A stretch of DNA of 63,842 bases, counting the filler, from Collodictyon triciliatum (Eukaryota): the NCBI GenBank assembly GCA_043381765.1. It is 33 parts of 33 records of this genome, joined end to end, with 100 filler letters (N's around TTAATTAATTAA, not from the genome) between each part and the next. Parts side by side here need not be neighbours in the genome. Positions count along the whole stretch, not along the records: positions 11,746 to 13,601 come from JBHJMP010010048.1; positions 13,702 to 15,556 come from JBHJMP010010049.1; positions 15,657 to 17,511 come from JBHJMP010010050.1; positions 17,612 to 19,466 come from JBHJMP010010051.1; positions 19,567 to 21,423 come from JBHJMP010010052.1; positions 21,524 to 23,378 come from JBHJMP010010053.1; positions 23,479 to 25,334 come from JBHJMP010010054.1; 26 more parts are not named here. The stretch is one strand, 5' to 3'. The position numbers and the translations under genes are program-made. Under the pieces are notes generated by a model. That model made no database searches. It was given only the letters and a program-made list of their open reading frames with translations, and was not told the origin of the DNA. Within the stretch, counting starts at the first letter, position 1. The number at the start of each line of letters is the position of its first letter. Shown here one piece after another: positions 12,410 through 24,760 of the stretch.

Positions 12410-13601
12410 ATGTCCTCCGAATCCAAGTGGTCTGTTGTGCTGGTATTTTTACTTGGTAACATGACTTATTCTATTACTAGATAGTGATTTATGTCTTAAC
12501 TTACCGATCCAATTACAGCAATCTGCCTTCAAGAAAGCTTTGTGGATGGGCAAGATTACACTCTCTTCACATTGACTGGCTACGCTAACCAGGTAAGTAG
12601 CGTCATTTTCACCCCAGATAATACATGCCTCGTATCTGGTTACTCCAGCACCAAAGTCATTGTCTACTCCACGTATGATGGGAGCATTATGCAAACATTT
12701 GATGCGCATCCGGGTGCATTTGTTGCAAGTGTTGCTGTCGGGGCAGATAGCACAACACTCGTTTCTGGTGGTGCAGAAGGGAATATTAAGATTATGGATA
12801 TTTTCTTCGGGACCTATACCGCTACACTCACTGGTCATTCTGGCTCCATCAAGAACCTGGCCATAACCCCAGACGGTACTAAAATTGTATCTGCTGGCCC
12901 CGGGGAGATCAGAATATGGGACTTGCCAGATGGGAATCATATTCAAACCTTTAGTGTTCAGTATGTCTGGATATTGTGTGTTGCTGTTTCCTCAGATAAT
13001 GCGATGGTTGTTTCTGGTGGTGATGACTACATTATTAGAGTTTGGCATCTTGACACGGGAGTTGAACTGCTTTATTGGACTGCTCATGAAGGATATGTCA
13101 GCAGCGTCGCAGTCACTCCAGATTGTTCGAAAATTGTATCTGCAGGGAGTTGGGATTCCAAAATCAAGATTTGGAATATTGATACAGGAGCTGAAATTCT
13201 TACTCTGACAGGGCATTCCAGTTGGGTAAATAGTGTTGTGGTTACCCCTGATGGATCCAAGATTGTCTCTGGGGGTGATGACCAAACAATTAAAATCTGG
13301 GACATTAATTCCGGGGTGGTACTTCATACTCTGTTTGGTCATAATGGTGTCGTTTACAGCGTGGCTGTCTCCCCTGACGGCACTAAAATCGGATCTGGGA
13401 GCCAAGATAATACTGCCAAAATATGGAACATGGCTGAGATACCTTTTCCTCAGGCTGAATCCCAGTCTCAGTCTCAGTCTCAATCGCAGTCGCAGTCTCA
13501 GTCTCAGTCTCAGTCTCAGTCTCAGTCTCAGTCTCAGTCTCAGTCTCAGTCTCAGTCTCAGTCTCAGTCTCAGTCTCAGTCTCAGTCCCAATCTCAATCT
13601 C
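12410..13601 (+). CDS. WD40 beta-propeller protein with predicted signal peptide and (QS)n tract; exons 12410-12455 and 12519 to >13601
   Basis: A 63-nt GT-AG intron joins [15 protein letters not shown] to [11 protein letters not shown] in frame with the 371-aa ORF. About 7 repeats of LTGH..V.SVAVTPDG.KIVSG..D..IKIWD follow, then (CAGTCT)n encoding QSQS. Confidence 0.85.
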
Positions 13602-13701
13602 NNNNNNNNNNNNNNNNNNNNNNNNNNNNNNNNNNNNNNNNNNNNTTAATTAATTAANNNNNNNNNNNNNNNNNNNNNNNNNNNNNNNNNNNNNNNNNNN
13701 N

Positions 13702-13733
13702 TACACTTTGAATCGAATAAAGGGAAAAAAAAA
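13702..13733 (+). mobile_element. LINE family A extreme 3' end at contig start
   Basis: TACACTTTGAATCGAATAAAGGG followed by an A-tail. Confidence 0.75.
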
Positions 13734-13932
13734 CTCATTTTTTCAGGCAGCTTCTGTATAGTGCAAGTAAGACTCTTAAGCCAGGGAAAAATGACTACTG
13801 TTTTGCTTCATCATGCAGGATTAAATTGATTGGTTAAGTTTTCCACCAGCTACTCCCACTGAAAATATTCTAGACCAAGGCTTTGGATGTTTTATGGTAT
13901 ATTTGATTCGCAGTAGAGCCTCCGTTCCTGAT

Positions 13933-14205
13933 TTTTTTCCTTTATTCGATTCGGAGTGTAGCGAGGTTATGCCATACAAAGGGGCGAGATAGGTGCGCAT
14001 GGTAGAGAGCAAACGCGAGTAGGGGAAGACATTACCGTGGAGAGGGTAGCACTGGAAAGAAATCAGTGATAGCGAGTTGGTCAGGTGGGCGACCCAACTG
14101 GTTGATTGGCTGCGTGGGTAGAAGGGTTTGGATATGCTGTGGGAGATATCGCACGACACATTCCCACATCTCTCTTCGCTTGCGGTCAGAGTAGCGAAGA
14201 ATGCG
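13933..14205 (-). mobile_element. LINE family A 5'-truncated copy with 18-bp TSD
   Basis: Reverse complement of the family 3' end, flanked by AGAGCCTCCGTTCCTGAT at 13915-13932 and 14206-14223. Confidence 0.92.
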
Positions 14206-15031
14206 AGAGCCTCCGTTCCTGATAACCTAGAGAATCCTTCGAAAAGTCAAAGACTATCGCTAATCTATAATTAATTAATATGCTCTCTGTTTATTCAGGA
14301 TTGTGTGGATAAAACAATATGCTAAATTTAGCACAAGAGAGGCCAAGGATTATAATTAAAGAGAAAAATGGAGCCGCCTTCTCTGTTAATCAATCCCATG
14401 GAAAACCACAGAGCTGTGGAAGAGTATTGCCTTTGTTGAAGTCATCGTTACGAGCGAACCTGGAAACCACGTCACTCTCAAGCGAGTTTTTATAACAACC
14501 ACCTATAAAAAGCTATCTATAAATAGACCGCAAAATCCACATGTATCAGATTAACATATTACCTTCTCTAGCAACATGTGATTCTATTCATAGCCGAAGA
14601 GTTACTGAATGAAGCTATGGGGTCTCTCACCAGCTTCGTCATTGACGAAGGGGCAATTGCGAGAGAACGCAATGTGCTCGTTTGCGCAAGTGTATATAAG
14701 AGAGAAGGGCGGCTATTCAGAAAAAATGGGGAAAAACACACTCCCGGCTAAAGCGAAAAAAAAATGTTAGAGAATATGAAGAGGCGTGAGGGGCGTCTAG
14801 TTGCCAGATGGTTGCATTCAACATGACCTAGCCCTAAATCAAACTAGTTGGTGTGGGTGGCTATACACTGGACAATTGCTCAACATAACTGAAGCCATCC
14901 TTTGAAGCTCTGGCTTTTATACCCTTTTCTCTACTTGGCAGAAACGTGACTTTTTTTTTTGAAATAGAAACAAGCACCTAAGAAAACAACCCACAAGCTA
15001 GCATATTGATTGTACCAAACGCACGGTCAGA

Positions 15032-15556
15032 ATGAGTTATATTAGTGATTTGAAAGAAGCACGCGAAAGGGATTCGAATGAGTCAGCCCAGCAGCCACTC
15101 AACTTTGTTCTATCTGAAAACGCGTCATTGATTATTCAGAATTTGCTTCTGACAAACGCCATCCTATCTTACCAGCTGCAATTGAAGGGAACGTCCATTC
15201 AAGACCAATATCCAGCCCTGTTCATCCCTATCATTAATTCGTTCACCTCTTCTAATATACCTAATGAACCAGCTGCGAAAGTGGATGTTTCAGCAGAAAT
15301 CCCCATCGCATCGCATCCAACTTTCTTCGAAGGTGGATGTCAACATCCTGAACTACAACCGCTATCTGAGCCTGACCAAAGGGATATCTTGCTTGGGGGA
15401 CTGCAGTTTGGTGAGATATCCAACACATACCCAGCTGGCTATCTGAATGATACGACTACTCTCCCTTCATCCAGCGAGCCCGAGAGTTTCCATGTCCCTT
15501 ATGATTATGGCGCACAGGACGTGGATGAGCTTTTCAACCGCGCCGTGGATTATATT
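15032..15556 (+). CDS. Hypothetical protein (runs off contig)
   Basis: ATG-initiated ORF of 175 codons with ordinary composition. No motif recognised. Confidence 0.35.
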
Positions 15557-15687
15557 NNNNNNNNNNNNNNNNNNNNNNNNNNNNNNNNNNNNNNNNNNNN
15601 TTAATTAATTAANNNNNNNNNNNNNNNNNNNNNNNNNNNNNNNNNNNNNNNNNNNNTTTTGAATAAAACTAGTGATAGTTGGCATAC

Positions 15688-17511
15688 TTTTAAATGCGTT
15701 GTATTGAATATATCCCATGAGCAGGATGTTCCTGGAAAGTAGTCGAACTTTCCGCTGCCATCTTCAAGTTTTTCATCTAATGCAGTGACAACCTTCTTTC
15801 CATGACACCAGGTTTCAGCTGGTGAAATTGTATTGAAAAATGTTTTATACAAGTATGACCCAAATATGATACAATTATTATACAAAACAAGTATCTAACA
15901 GTGAATTATATCATAAATTTTTTTTATAAAAAACAAAAAAATCGACATCGAATTACCAAGGGTCAGTCTCAGTAGTAAATTTGATGCAGTCATAACAAGG
16001 GTCTCTGACATTCCCGAAAACATGTACATAACGCCATTTAGTAAAACACTAGAGCCACCATATATACTCCCAGGTTTCGGATGATTTTTGAGAGTTTCCC
16101 TCGCACCATCTTTCGCTACAATTGAAAAAAAATTAGTTCAATGTGCAATTCTTTCATGAATTTGTGTTGGTTGGAATGACCGCAAAGATATGTAATGATT
16201 GATATTTAAAGAGAAGAATTCTGTGATTATCATTTAGTTTTTTTTTTTATTTTTAGAAATAAGCATGTAAGTTAATTACCATCAAACATAATGAATTGAT
16301 TGATAGGACCACCGTTTGAGTCACTCCCACCGAAAAATATCAGATTGACATAGTATTCCATGAATGAATCTTTTTGTGTAATACCAGGTGGAAGGTTTAT
16401 GAGGTGCTCCCAGTTTGCAGATGCTAATTATTTTACGTTTTTGTAAATTTGAAATGATTAAGAAAAAAAAAAAGATATATCAACATTCAGTCAAACTGAT
16501 TCAAATTGAAACGTGTCCTCACCTTGATTGAAACACCATATGCTTGGAGCAGAGCCTGATGAGCTCGTAATATTACCCAAAATACAGAAATTGTCTTTTA
16601 TATTAAGCCCTATCGACCCACTTGTCCCTTGGATACTGCTTTTTTGGAGTACAGTAAAACTCATCGTTTCTTTTTTCATGTCAAATATAATGACTTCTGG
16701 AGTGGCAACTTCGCCAGTGGGATACTGCCCTCCCCAGATATAGACACTGGAGCCAAATTGTTTAAAAGCAACCAAATATCTCAAACAAATGAGTGCAGAC
16801 TGCTGGTCGCCAAAATGAACCGTTGCCCAAGTATTCGAAGCTTTTTTGAAAGTGAAGAGAAGTGTTACATTTTACTTTTTTTTAAAAATTTTTTTGTTAG
16901 GGCGTTAGTCCTTCTGCCGAAGGCTCTATTATTTAGTTAGTTAAATTCAAATATTAGAGTTACCTATTGTATACTTGCGGGCCACGTGAGAGACGTCTCC
17001 ACTCAGAGTGAATCCACCAAGCACAAAAAATGAGCCATCGAAGTAGCTGAATGCCTTTTATTTATAGAGGTTTAATGATTTATACCATGATTCGAATTTT
17101 TAATATTTGAGCCTATTAGAAATCTCTTATTGAAAAAAGATAAAAAAATAAATCTTCAATTGATGGCTAACCCCTCCAAAAACACTCGGGACACAATTGG
17201 ATTCCTTTGTTGTGCACATTTTTTCCTGTGACAATCGCTTCCACATATTTTTTTCTATGTACGAGATTTTCAATATATATTAAAAATTAAAAGAATTAAA
17301 AACTAAAAAATTAAAAAAAAGAGTAGAGAATATCTATAGTTTACCCGTGTTATAAGTCCACAAGTCGTTTATTGGAGCAATAAACGCGTTGGCATAAATC
17401 CCCCCAAAAACAGCAAATTCCGTCTCAGATACTGTGGTCATTCGAGGACTAAGGCGAGGTAGCGGGTAACGGTCCAAGTTATCCCCTAACCAGCGGCTTT
17501 TGTCTGGTTGC
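15688..17511 (-). CDS. Kelch-repeat plus CUB-domain protein (attractin-like architecture), multi-exon fragment
   Basis: Exons with Kelch motifs FAVFGG..NDLWTYNT, FFVLGG, VYIWGG, IFFGGSDS and MYMFSG. The last exon has LEDGSGKFDYFPGTSCSWDI, resembling the start of a CUB domain. Confidence 0.75.
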
Positions 17512-18050
17512 NNNNNNNNNNNNNNNNNNNNNNNNNNNNNNNNNNNNNNNNNNNNTTAATTAATTAANNNNNNNNNNNNNNNNNNNNNNNNNNNNNNNNN
17601 NNNNNNNNNNNACATACATACATACATACATACATACATACATACATACATACATACATACATACATACATACATACATACATACATACATACATACATA
17701 CATACATACATACATACATACATACATACGTAGAAAAATAATAAAAGAAATCATCCGGTTTTTATAAAATTATTCATTATCACAATCCATGCCTTATCTA
17801 GTTATTTGGTTGGGATTTCATATTCATGTGTCTTCCTGTCCACAAACATTGCATCATGACTGGTCGCTCTGATTTTTTTCTTAATTATATATCTAAAATT
17901 TATGAGAATAAGTAGACTTTTGGTGATATGCACAATAAGCGTCTGATGCCTGCGATTTAATCTAGTGAAGTTTATGTCCCATGAGAGAACGGGATAAAAA
18001 GTGGCTGCCTTCTCACAAAGTTTGTAGGTGTAATTTATACTTTGGATCCT

Positions 18051-18698
18051 TGCGCGAGTAGTCCACGCAGCAACGACCTCCCCAGAATGCACCATCTGCC
18101 ATAGTGGAGACGACTCTATCGAACACACTTTTGTGGAGTGCTCCCTTGCTCAAAAAGTGACAGAATCTACCCACAAGATGCTCTCTGAGCTTGATTATGC
18201 TCCCAACCGTCTCAGCGCGTCAGACATCCTGTTTGGTCCACAATACCAAATGACCCACGACTCTAGAATACTCTGGACAGTCACAAGGGGACATATGCTG
18301 TGGTCCCTATGGAGTGTGCGTGCGTTCTCTCGCTCTAACGATTCACCCGAACGAGAAATCAATGTATCCAGGCTGGAAAGCCTCGTGCAATACAGCTTCC
18401 TGAACAGCCTGCTGAAGCACGCTCGCATTCTTCGCTACTCTGACCGCAAACGAAGAGAGATGTGGGAATGTGTCGTAAGATATCTCCCACAGCATATCCA
18501 ACCCCTGCTTTCCACGCAACCAATCAACCAGTTGGGACGACTACCTGACCAACTCGCTATAATTGATTATTTTCCAGTGCTACCCTCTCCACGGTAGTGT
18601 CTTCTCCTACTCGCGTTTGCTCTCTACCATGCGCTCCCATCTCGCCCCTTTGTATGGCATAATCTCGCTGCGCTTTGAATCGAATAAAGGGGAAAAAA
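18051..18698 (+). mobile_element. L1/Tx1-like non-LTR retrotransposon (family A), 5'-truncated, intact ORF2 C-terminus, 14-bp TSD
   Basis: Encodes SPECTICHSGDDSIEHTFVEC (CCHC zf-RVT-type knuckle) and LWSLWSVR, with a stop at 18597. The 3' UTR ends GAATCGAATAAAGGGG(A)n. TSD ATACTTTGGATCCT at 18037-18050 and 18699-18712. Confidence 0.92.
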
Positions 18699-19092
18699 AT
18701 ACTTTGGATCCTAATTTCTCAATCTTTTTGTATTTTTGGTCACACCAGATTTATTTCATCAAATATAAACACAAACAATGAAATATCCGCAAATTTAATT
18801 TAATGCTTGCATAAAATATCATACCACGGGATGATATAAAATAACATAAAAATGAAACATGATGAGAAAAAGGATTAAAAAAACACCTCTTTGTATAACA
18901 CCGTGTGAATTTTGCAAAATACGAAACTTCAACAGAAATACTTCTTGTTAATCATATCAGACATATAGGATTGAACAACTCAGGCAAAATATTCTATGTG
19001 GGAACAATTTCTCTCCTCTATATAAGATCAGTCTTATTTTTTCCTTTATACTCTCATCCCCTGATCATCTAAAGATTTATTCCATTGTTTAA

Positions 19093-19118
19093 TTTTTTCC
19101 CTTTATTCGATTCAAAGT
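19093..19118 (-). mobile_element. LINE family A minimal 3' tip
   Basis: TTTTTTCCCTTTATTCGATTCAAAGT is the reverse complement of the family terminus. Confidence 0.7.
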
Positions 19119-19566
19119 CCTTTTTTTAAAAATATCTTTATCAAAATTTTCAATCAAGCAACAGGGCTTTCTATTCTTTTGTCCACAGCACACTTTTTTT
19201 CTTGAAGCAAAAGTGATCTCTTAATTTTCTTTCTGTATGAATGGGACTTATTGATTGAGGGCTTTATTCCGCTTAAATGTGACTCTTCATGTCACTTCAT
19301 GCAATCTAATCACAGTCTCATCCCCATTTGCTAAATAGCGAAAAAAGGCAGATGGATGGTTATTTTAGAGTGAGAGAGTGAGAGAGTGAGAGAGTGAGAG
19401 AGTGAGAGAGTGAGAGAGTGAGAGAGTGAGAGAGTGAGAGAGTGAGAGAGTGAGAGAGTGAGAGAGNNNNNNNNNNNNNNNNNNNNNNNNNNNNNNNNNN
19501 NNNNNNNNNNTTAATTAATTAANNNNNNNNNNNNNNNNNNNNNNNNNNNNNNNNNNNNNNNNNNNN

Positions 19567-21423
19567 GAATGTTCCCCATAACTGACACATAATGCTATAT
19601 TATGACAAGGAAAATTCATTTTTTTTGCTCTATGCATGAATAAACCTTCTATATGAATTATAATAAAGTTCATCGACTAATGTATAGAGGAAAAAAACAA
19701 AATGCTCGAAGTGAGAGATGGGAAATAGAATATCAGATTGCTTAAGACTTACGGCTTTCGTATTCGGCATAGTGGAGAGCCTTTGCGAATTGTGTGTGTC
19801 CGCGATTCAGCTTTGTTGCCCAATAAGCAGGGAATTAGGCTTCGAATTTTCCCCATATCTGACACAGATTGCACTATTTATGACAAGGAAAATTCATTTT
19901 TTTTGCTATGTGCATGAATAAACCTTCTATATGAATTATAATAAAAACATCGACTAAGTATGCAAGTAAAAAAACAAAGTGCTCGAAGTGAAGTGAAGAG
20001 AATAGAATATCTGATTGCTTAAGACTTACGGTTGTCGTATTCCGGGCATAGTGGAGAGCCTTTCCGTATTGTCCGCAATTCGGCTTTGTTGCTCAATAAG
20101 CAGGGAATTAGGCTTCGAATGTTCCCCATAACTGACACATAATGCTATATTTACGCAAGGATAATTCAATTTTTATGCTCTATGCACGAATAAGCCTTCT
20201 ATATGAATTATAATAAAAAAACATCGAAGTGTGTGGAGTAAAAAAACAAAATGCTCAAAGTGAAGTGAAGATAAAATAGAATATCTGATTGCTTAGGACT
20301 TACGGTTTTCGTATTCGGGCATAGTGAAAAGCCTTTGCCGATTGTGTGTGTCCACGATTCGTTATTCAGTAAGCAGGGAATTAGGCTTCGAATGTTCCAT
20401 AGTCGGACACAGAATGCACTATTTACACAAAGGAAATTCAATTATTGTGCTCTATGCATGAATAAGCCTTCTATATGAATTATAATAAAAAAACATCGAC
20501 TAGGTGTATGCAAGTACAAAACAAAGTGCTCGAAGTGAAGATAAAATAGAATATCTGATTGCTGAAGACTTACGGCTTTCGTATTCGGCATAGTGCAGAG
20601 CCCTTGATGTCCGCGATTCGACTTTGTTGCTCAATAAGCAGGGAATTGAGCTTCGAATGTTCACATAGTCGGACACAGAATGCACTATTTTCACAAGGGA
20701 AATTCAATTTTTGTGCTTAATGCATGAATAAACCTTCTATATGAATTATAACAAAAACATCCACTAGGTGTATGCAAGTTCAAAACAAAGTGTTCGAAGT
20801 GAGAGATGGGAAAAAAACATCAGATTGCTTAAGACTTACGATTTTCGTATTCGGCATAGTGCAGAGCCCTTGATGTCCGCGATTCGACTTTGTTGCTCAA
20901 TAATCAGGGAATTAGGCTTCGAATTTTCCCCATATCTGACACAGAATGCACTATTTACACAAGGGAAATTCAATTTTTGTGCTCTATGCACGAATAAGCC
21001 TTCTATGTGAATTATAATAAAAAAACATCCACTAAGTGTGTGGAGTAAAAAGACAAAATGCTCGAAGTGAAGTGAAGATAAAAAAACATCTGATTGCACA
21101 AGACTTACGGTTTTCGTATTCTAGCAATATGTTGAGCCCTTGATGTCCGCGATTCAACTTTGTTGCTGAATAATCAGGGAATTAGGCTTGGAATTTTCCC
21201 CATATCTGGCACAGACTGCTCTATTTTAACAGGAGATATTCAATTTTTTCCCCTTTAAGCACGCATGAACTTCTTCCGTACGAATTATGACAAAAAAACG
21301 TCAACGAGGTATGTGCTTGCGCAAAACAAAGTGCCAATTGCAAAGCAAAAAAATATAATTTCTGGTTGTAGTTGACTTATAGTTACCGTATTCGGGCGTA
21401 GTGGAGATCCTTCGAGGGTGGTG
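19567..21423. repeat. Tandem satellite, ~270-bp unit, ~7 diverged copies
   Basis: Units start at 19567, 19844, 20117, 20390, 20655, 20921 and 21191 (periods 265-277). No conserved ORF. Confidence 0.95.
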
Positions 21424-21696
21424 NNNNNNNNNNNNNNNNNNNNNNNNNNNNNNNNNNNNNNNNNNNNTTAATTAATTAANNNNNNNNNNNNNNNNNNNNN
21501 NNNNNNNNNNNNNNNNNNNNNNNTACATACATACATACATACATACATACATACATACATACATACATACATACATACATACATACATACATACATACAT
21601 ACATACATACATACATACATGTATGATTGGGCATATTTTTCGACGTCAGTAAGAGCTATATTTGAAGAAACTAAGATATTGTTGTGATTATCATAG

Positions 21697-22109
21697 GGAC
21701 GATGCCTAGTACCACAGCAAGGTCAGACTTCTGGACAGGGGCTGTGCTCGGTGGTTTGGCTGGTTATGTCTTCGGCAGGCCAACTGGCGGGTGAGGGATT
21801 GAGGGCGTCGTGATGAGTAATCTATGTGCTTTCCTCGCTGCCCAGTCTTTGAACATCCTTGATGACACCTGATCGAACATACTACCTCCCTGACTGTCTG
21901 GCAGGTATGGACGCCCAGCGTACGGCGGAGGCGGAATGCGGTTTGGCGGAGGCGGCGGAGGCGGGTTCAGAGTCAGCTCAGGTAAGCCCCTACCAGAAGC
22001 TGTAATATTCGCTTGGTGCATGTGGGCCACCGAGTCTATCTTTGCGGGCGATTGGCATCTGAATACTTTCTTTTCTACCATAGGATTCGGCGGGACGTCC
22101 CGACGATAG
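21697..22109 (+). CDS. SARAF: SARAF/TMEM66-like protein, C-terminal exons (21697-21790, 21905-21981, 22084-22109)
   Basis: Spliced product DFWTGAVLGGLAGYVFGR...RVSSGFGGTSRR* matches the SARAF FWTG..GG..GY.FG motif and the SG(Y/F)GGTxRR terminus. Confidence 0.8.
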
Positions 22110-22465
22110 GCTTGGCGTGGTGCTGTTCCACCTTCCTATCACCCCAGAAGTCCACACAGAGAGGAAGATGTCAGAACCGGAATGAAGGGAGGAAAGATAT
22201 AACTTAAAACGAGAATTAAATACACACCGAAAAGGAGAAAAGAGCAAGGGAAGAAAAGAGAAACAGTCTCATATTACCTTGGATGTGTTCTCCATGCTTC
22301 GCCCAGGGCACACTCGTTTGGCGCATTCAAATAACCCGAAAGGAAGAGATAAAAACAACAACAGAAAAGAAAACAAAAGAGAAAAAAAAAAAAAAACAGA
22401 AAGAAAAGTAGTAAAATTAAAATAGAAAGCATCCATACGGGCAGAACTGCAAGAGGCAAACACAT

Positions 22466-23271
22466 ATGCAGGACTCGCCCACTCTGACCACCATGACGCT
22501 GCTAGCAACCGGACTCTTTGGGGGTCTGCTTGGGTTTTCGCTTCGCGGGCGGCGCTTTCTTCGGCTTGGGATGGACTCCATCGTGGCAAACTCTCGCCAG
22601 CCTGTGCAAAGTCCCGGGTCAGTGCTGGCCAGTGAAGCGGCCGATCAAACAGAGTCTGCCATGAAGGCTGCAACCACAGGCGCACAGGGACTCGACAGCA
22701 AGAGCGGCAAAGAAGAAGCGATTCAGCCGCCAAAACGGAGACGCCAAAGCTCAGGCTCAGAGTCTGCAGCAGCCAAGATCCCGCAGCATACTCGGGAGCT
22801 CCTGCAAGAGGAACACAAGATGGTTTTGCTAATACATGTTTATGTCTGTATGCATGGGAAACTCACAATCCTGCATCATGCGCCCATGCGTCTCTTTGTT
22901 TGTATGTGGGCATAGGTAATGGTCGCAAGGATGGACCTGAAGATGGGCGCTGGGAAGATAGCGGCACAGTGTTGTCATGCCTGTCTTGGAGCTACATTGG
23001 TGGCAAAAAAAGATTATCCAGTATTCTATCAGTAGGTTATCTGTATTGGTAATATGGCCTACAAAAATAATGTGCGATTCTCCAGTAATTGCGATGACGA
23101 TGTTTACAGATGCTGAAATATATACGCTCATATAACTTGCGCTCTTAGTCCTGAGCTTATGTATTCTGCTGCTCACCGCAACATCTCATCCCACAAACTT
23201 TGTCGTAGAAATTGGCTGCATCGAGATGCGCAGTCCAAAGTAGTTGTAAAATCCCCGGACCTTAGCGAGAT
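22466..23271 (+). CDS. PTRH2: Peptidyl-tRNA hydrolase 2 (exons 22466-22822, 22916-23031, 23209-23271; 3' end missing)
   Basis: N-terminal membrane anchor, then [29 protein letters not shown] and WLHRDAQSKVVVK. Confidence 0.93.
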
Positions 23272-23859
23272 GTAAATGAATAATACTAATAATACTAATA
23301 ATACTAATAATACTAATAATACTAATAATACTAATAATACTAATAATACTAATAATACTAATAATACTAATAATACTANNNNNNNNNNNNNNNNNNNNNN
23401 NNNNNNNNNNNNNNNNNNNNNNTTAATTAATTAANNNNNNNNNNNNNNNNNNNNNNNNNNNNNNNNNNNNNNNNNNNNCAAAGGTAGTATTAAGTATATG
23501 TCTGTATCATTTTTATATTTATATTTATTTCCTTCACTACCCGAGCCATACAGAGCTGAGGGTGAATACCAGACCTTAATTTGTTAAGAAATCATCACAT
23601 CCACTTAATCCTACACCCACAGAGCACTTTGTCTCCTTTCAGCCATAATCGAACCCAGAGAGCATAGACCGGAACATATATATGTACTGGTATCGATAAC
23701 TGAGCAGGAAGAGGAAGAAGAGAATAGAAGACCTCACCATTTTTGCGACTTTACGCCTAGCAAAGAATCATTGATTGGGACGGATAGCTGCGCACTGATG
23801 CAGACGTCCTGAAGGAGATAAGTAGGGGCGCCGTGGGCACAAGCGTGCCTGTCCGTGTG

Positions 23860-24760
23860 GGGGCTAATGCGACGGCAAAGAGTGCCCACCAGATACCGAC
23901 GAGGCCGGCGCAGAGGTCGGGCAGGAAGGGGAAGCGTAAGGCCAGGAGTGCCATCAGAGGTGTGGTGACGAGCGAGTAGCCGAGAAGATACCAGACAGCA
24001 ACCAGACAGTGACAGCCCAGACCGCGATGCCTTGCAGCCTGTCGGCTATGTGGAAGACGGCGCCGACTGGGATGAGGGCGGCCGTTTGTCGCTGGTGAAG
24101 GCCGCAGGTACATAGGCACGTGCGAGATGGATTGGGGTCGCAACGAAGGGCAGCAGCACAAGCCCGACAAGGATAGCCACGCAGATGGCCAGCGCCATAT
24201 AGAGCAGGATGTAGACGGTCAGGAGGATGACGTGGGCATCCAGTGCAACAATGTCACCCGCTGCCTCGGCCAGAACCGCGACTCCTCCGAAGCTCGAGAC
24301 CTCCAGCGCAGCCATGACTCCGGCTGCTGGCTCGCCGCATACATCCGTCTGTCACACGCACCAGGCAAAGCTCGCTCTGAGCATCGTGCGCATCAGAGAC
24401 GTGGTCATGGCTGTGCCTGTGAGCCCGAGTTCCGCAGTGCAGATGAGCGCATAGTTTGCTGGGATGTTGAAGAAGTTGGCAGCAAGGCCCAGGCCAGACA
24501 CGGAGCCATACAGCCTTGCGCCTGCTGGTGCTTCTGCAGGACCGAGTACACAACAAGAAACGACACCCCGGGATTCAGCCAGAGGCAGAAATCGCCCGTC
24601 AGCCGCGCAATGCCTGCATCATGTCCCCAGCATGTCGAGATAGGTGCTCACACCGACGCAAAAGAACCACGACAGTTTGAACCATGTGTTGCCCAGCGCT
24701 GCTGCCAGCTCATCTTGCTTGGTGCCACCACATCTGGTCTGCAGTGGGCAGTGGGAACAG
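23860..24760 (-). pseudogene. MATE-family (SLC47/DTX-like) transporter pseudogene, no introns apparent
   Basis: Ordered fragments in shifting frames: ELAAALGNTWF..FFCVGVSTYLDML; GHDAGIARLTGDF..LQKHQQAQG; NFFNIPANYALI..LGLTGTAMTTSL; AGVMAALEVSSF..LDAHVIL; GLVGIWWAL. Confidence 0.75.

Noticed and set aside
7832-13601. NACHT contig and WD40 contig as one NLR locus or cluster
   Set aside because: They are separate size-sorted contigs, and the WD40 gene has its own start and signal peptide.
19567-21423. Satellite as a CRISPR array, tRNA array or coding repeat
   Set aside because: Whole units are homologous with no unique spacers, there is no cloverleaf beyond a TTCGAA motif, and no reading frame is conserved.
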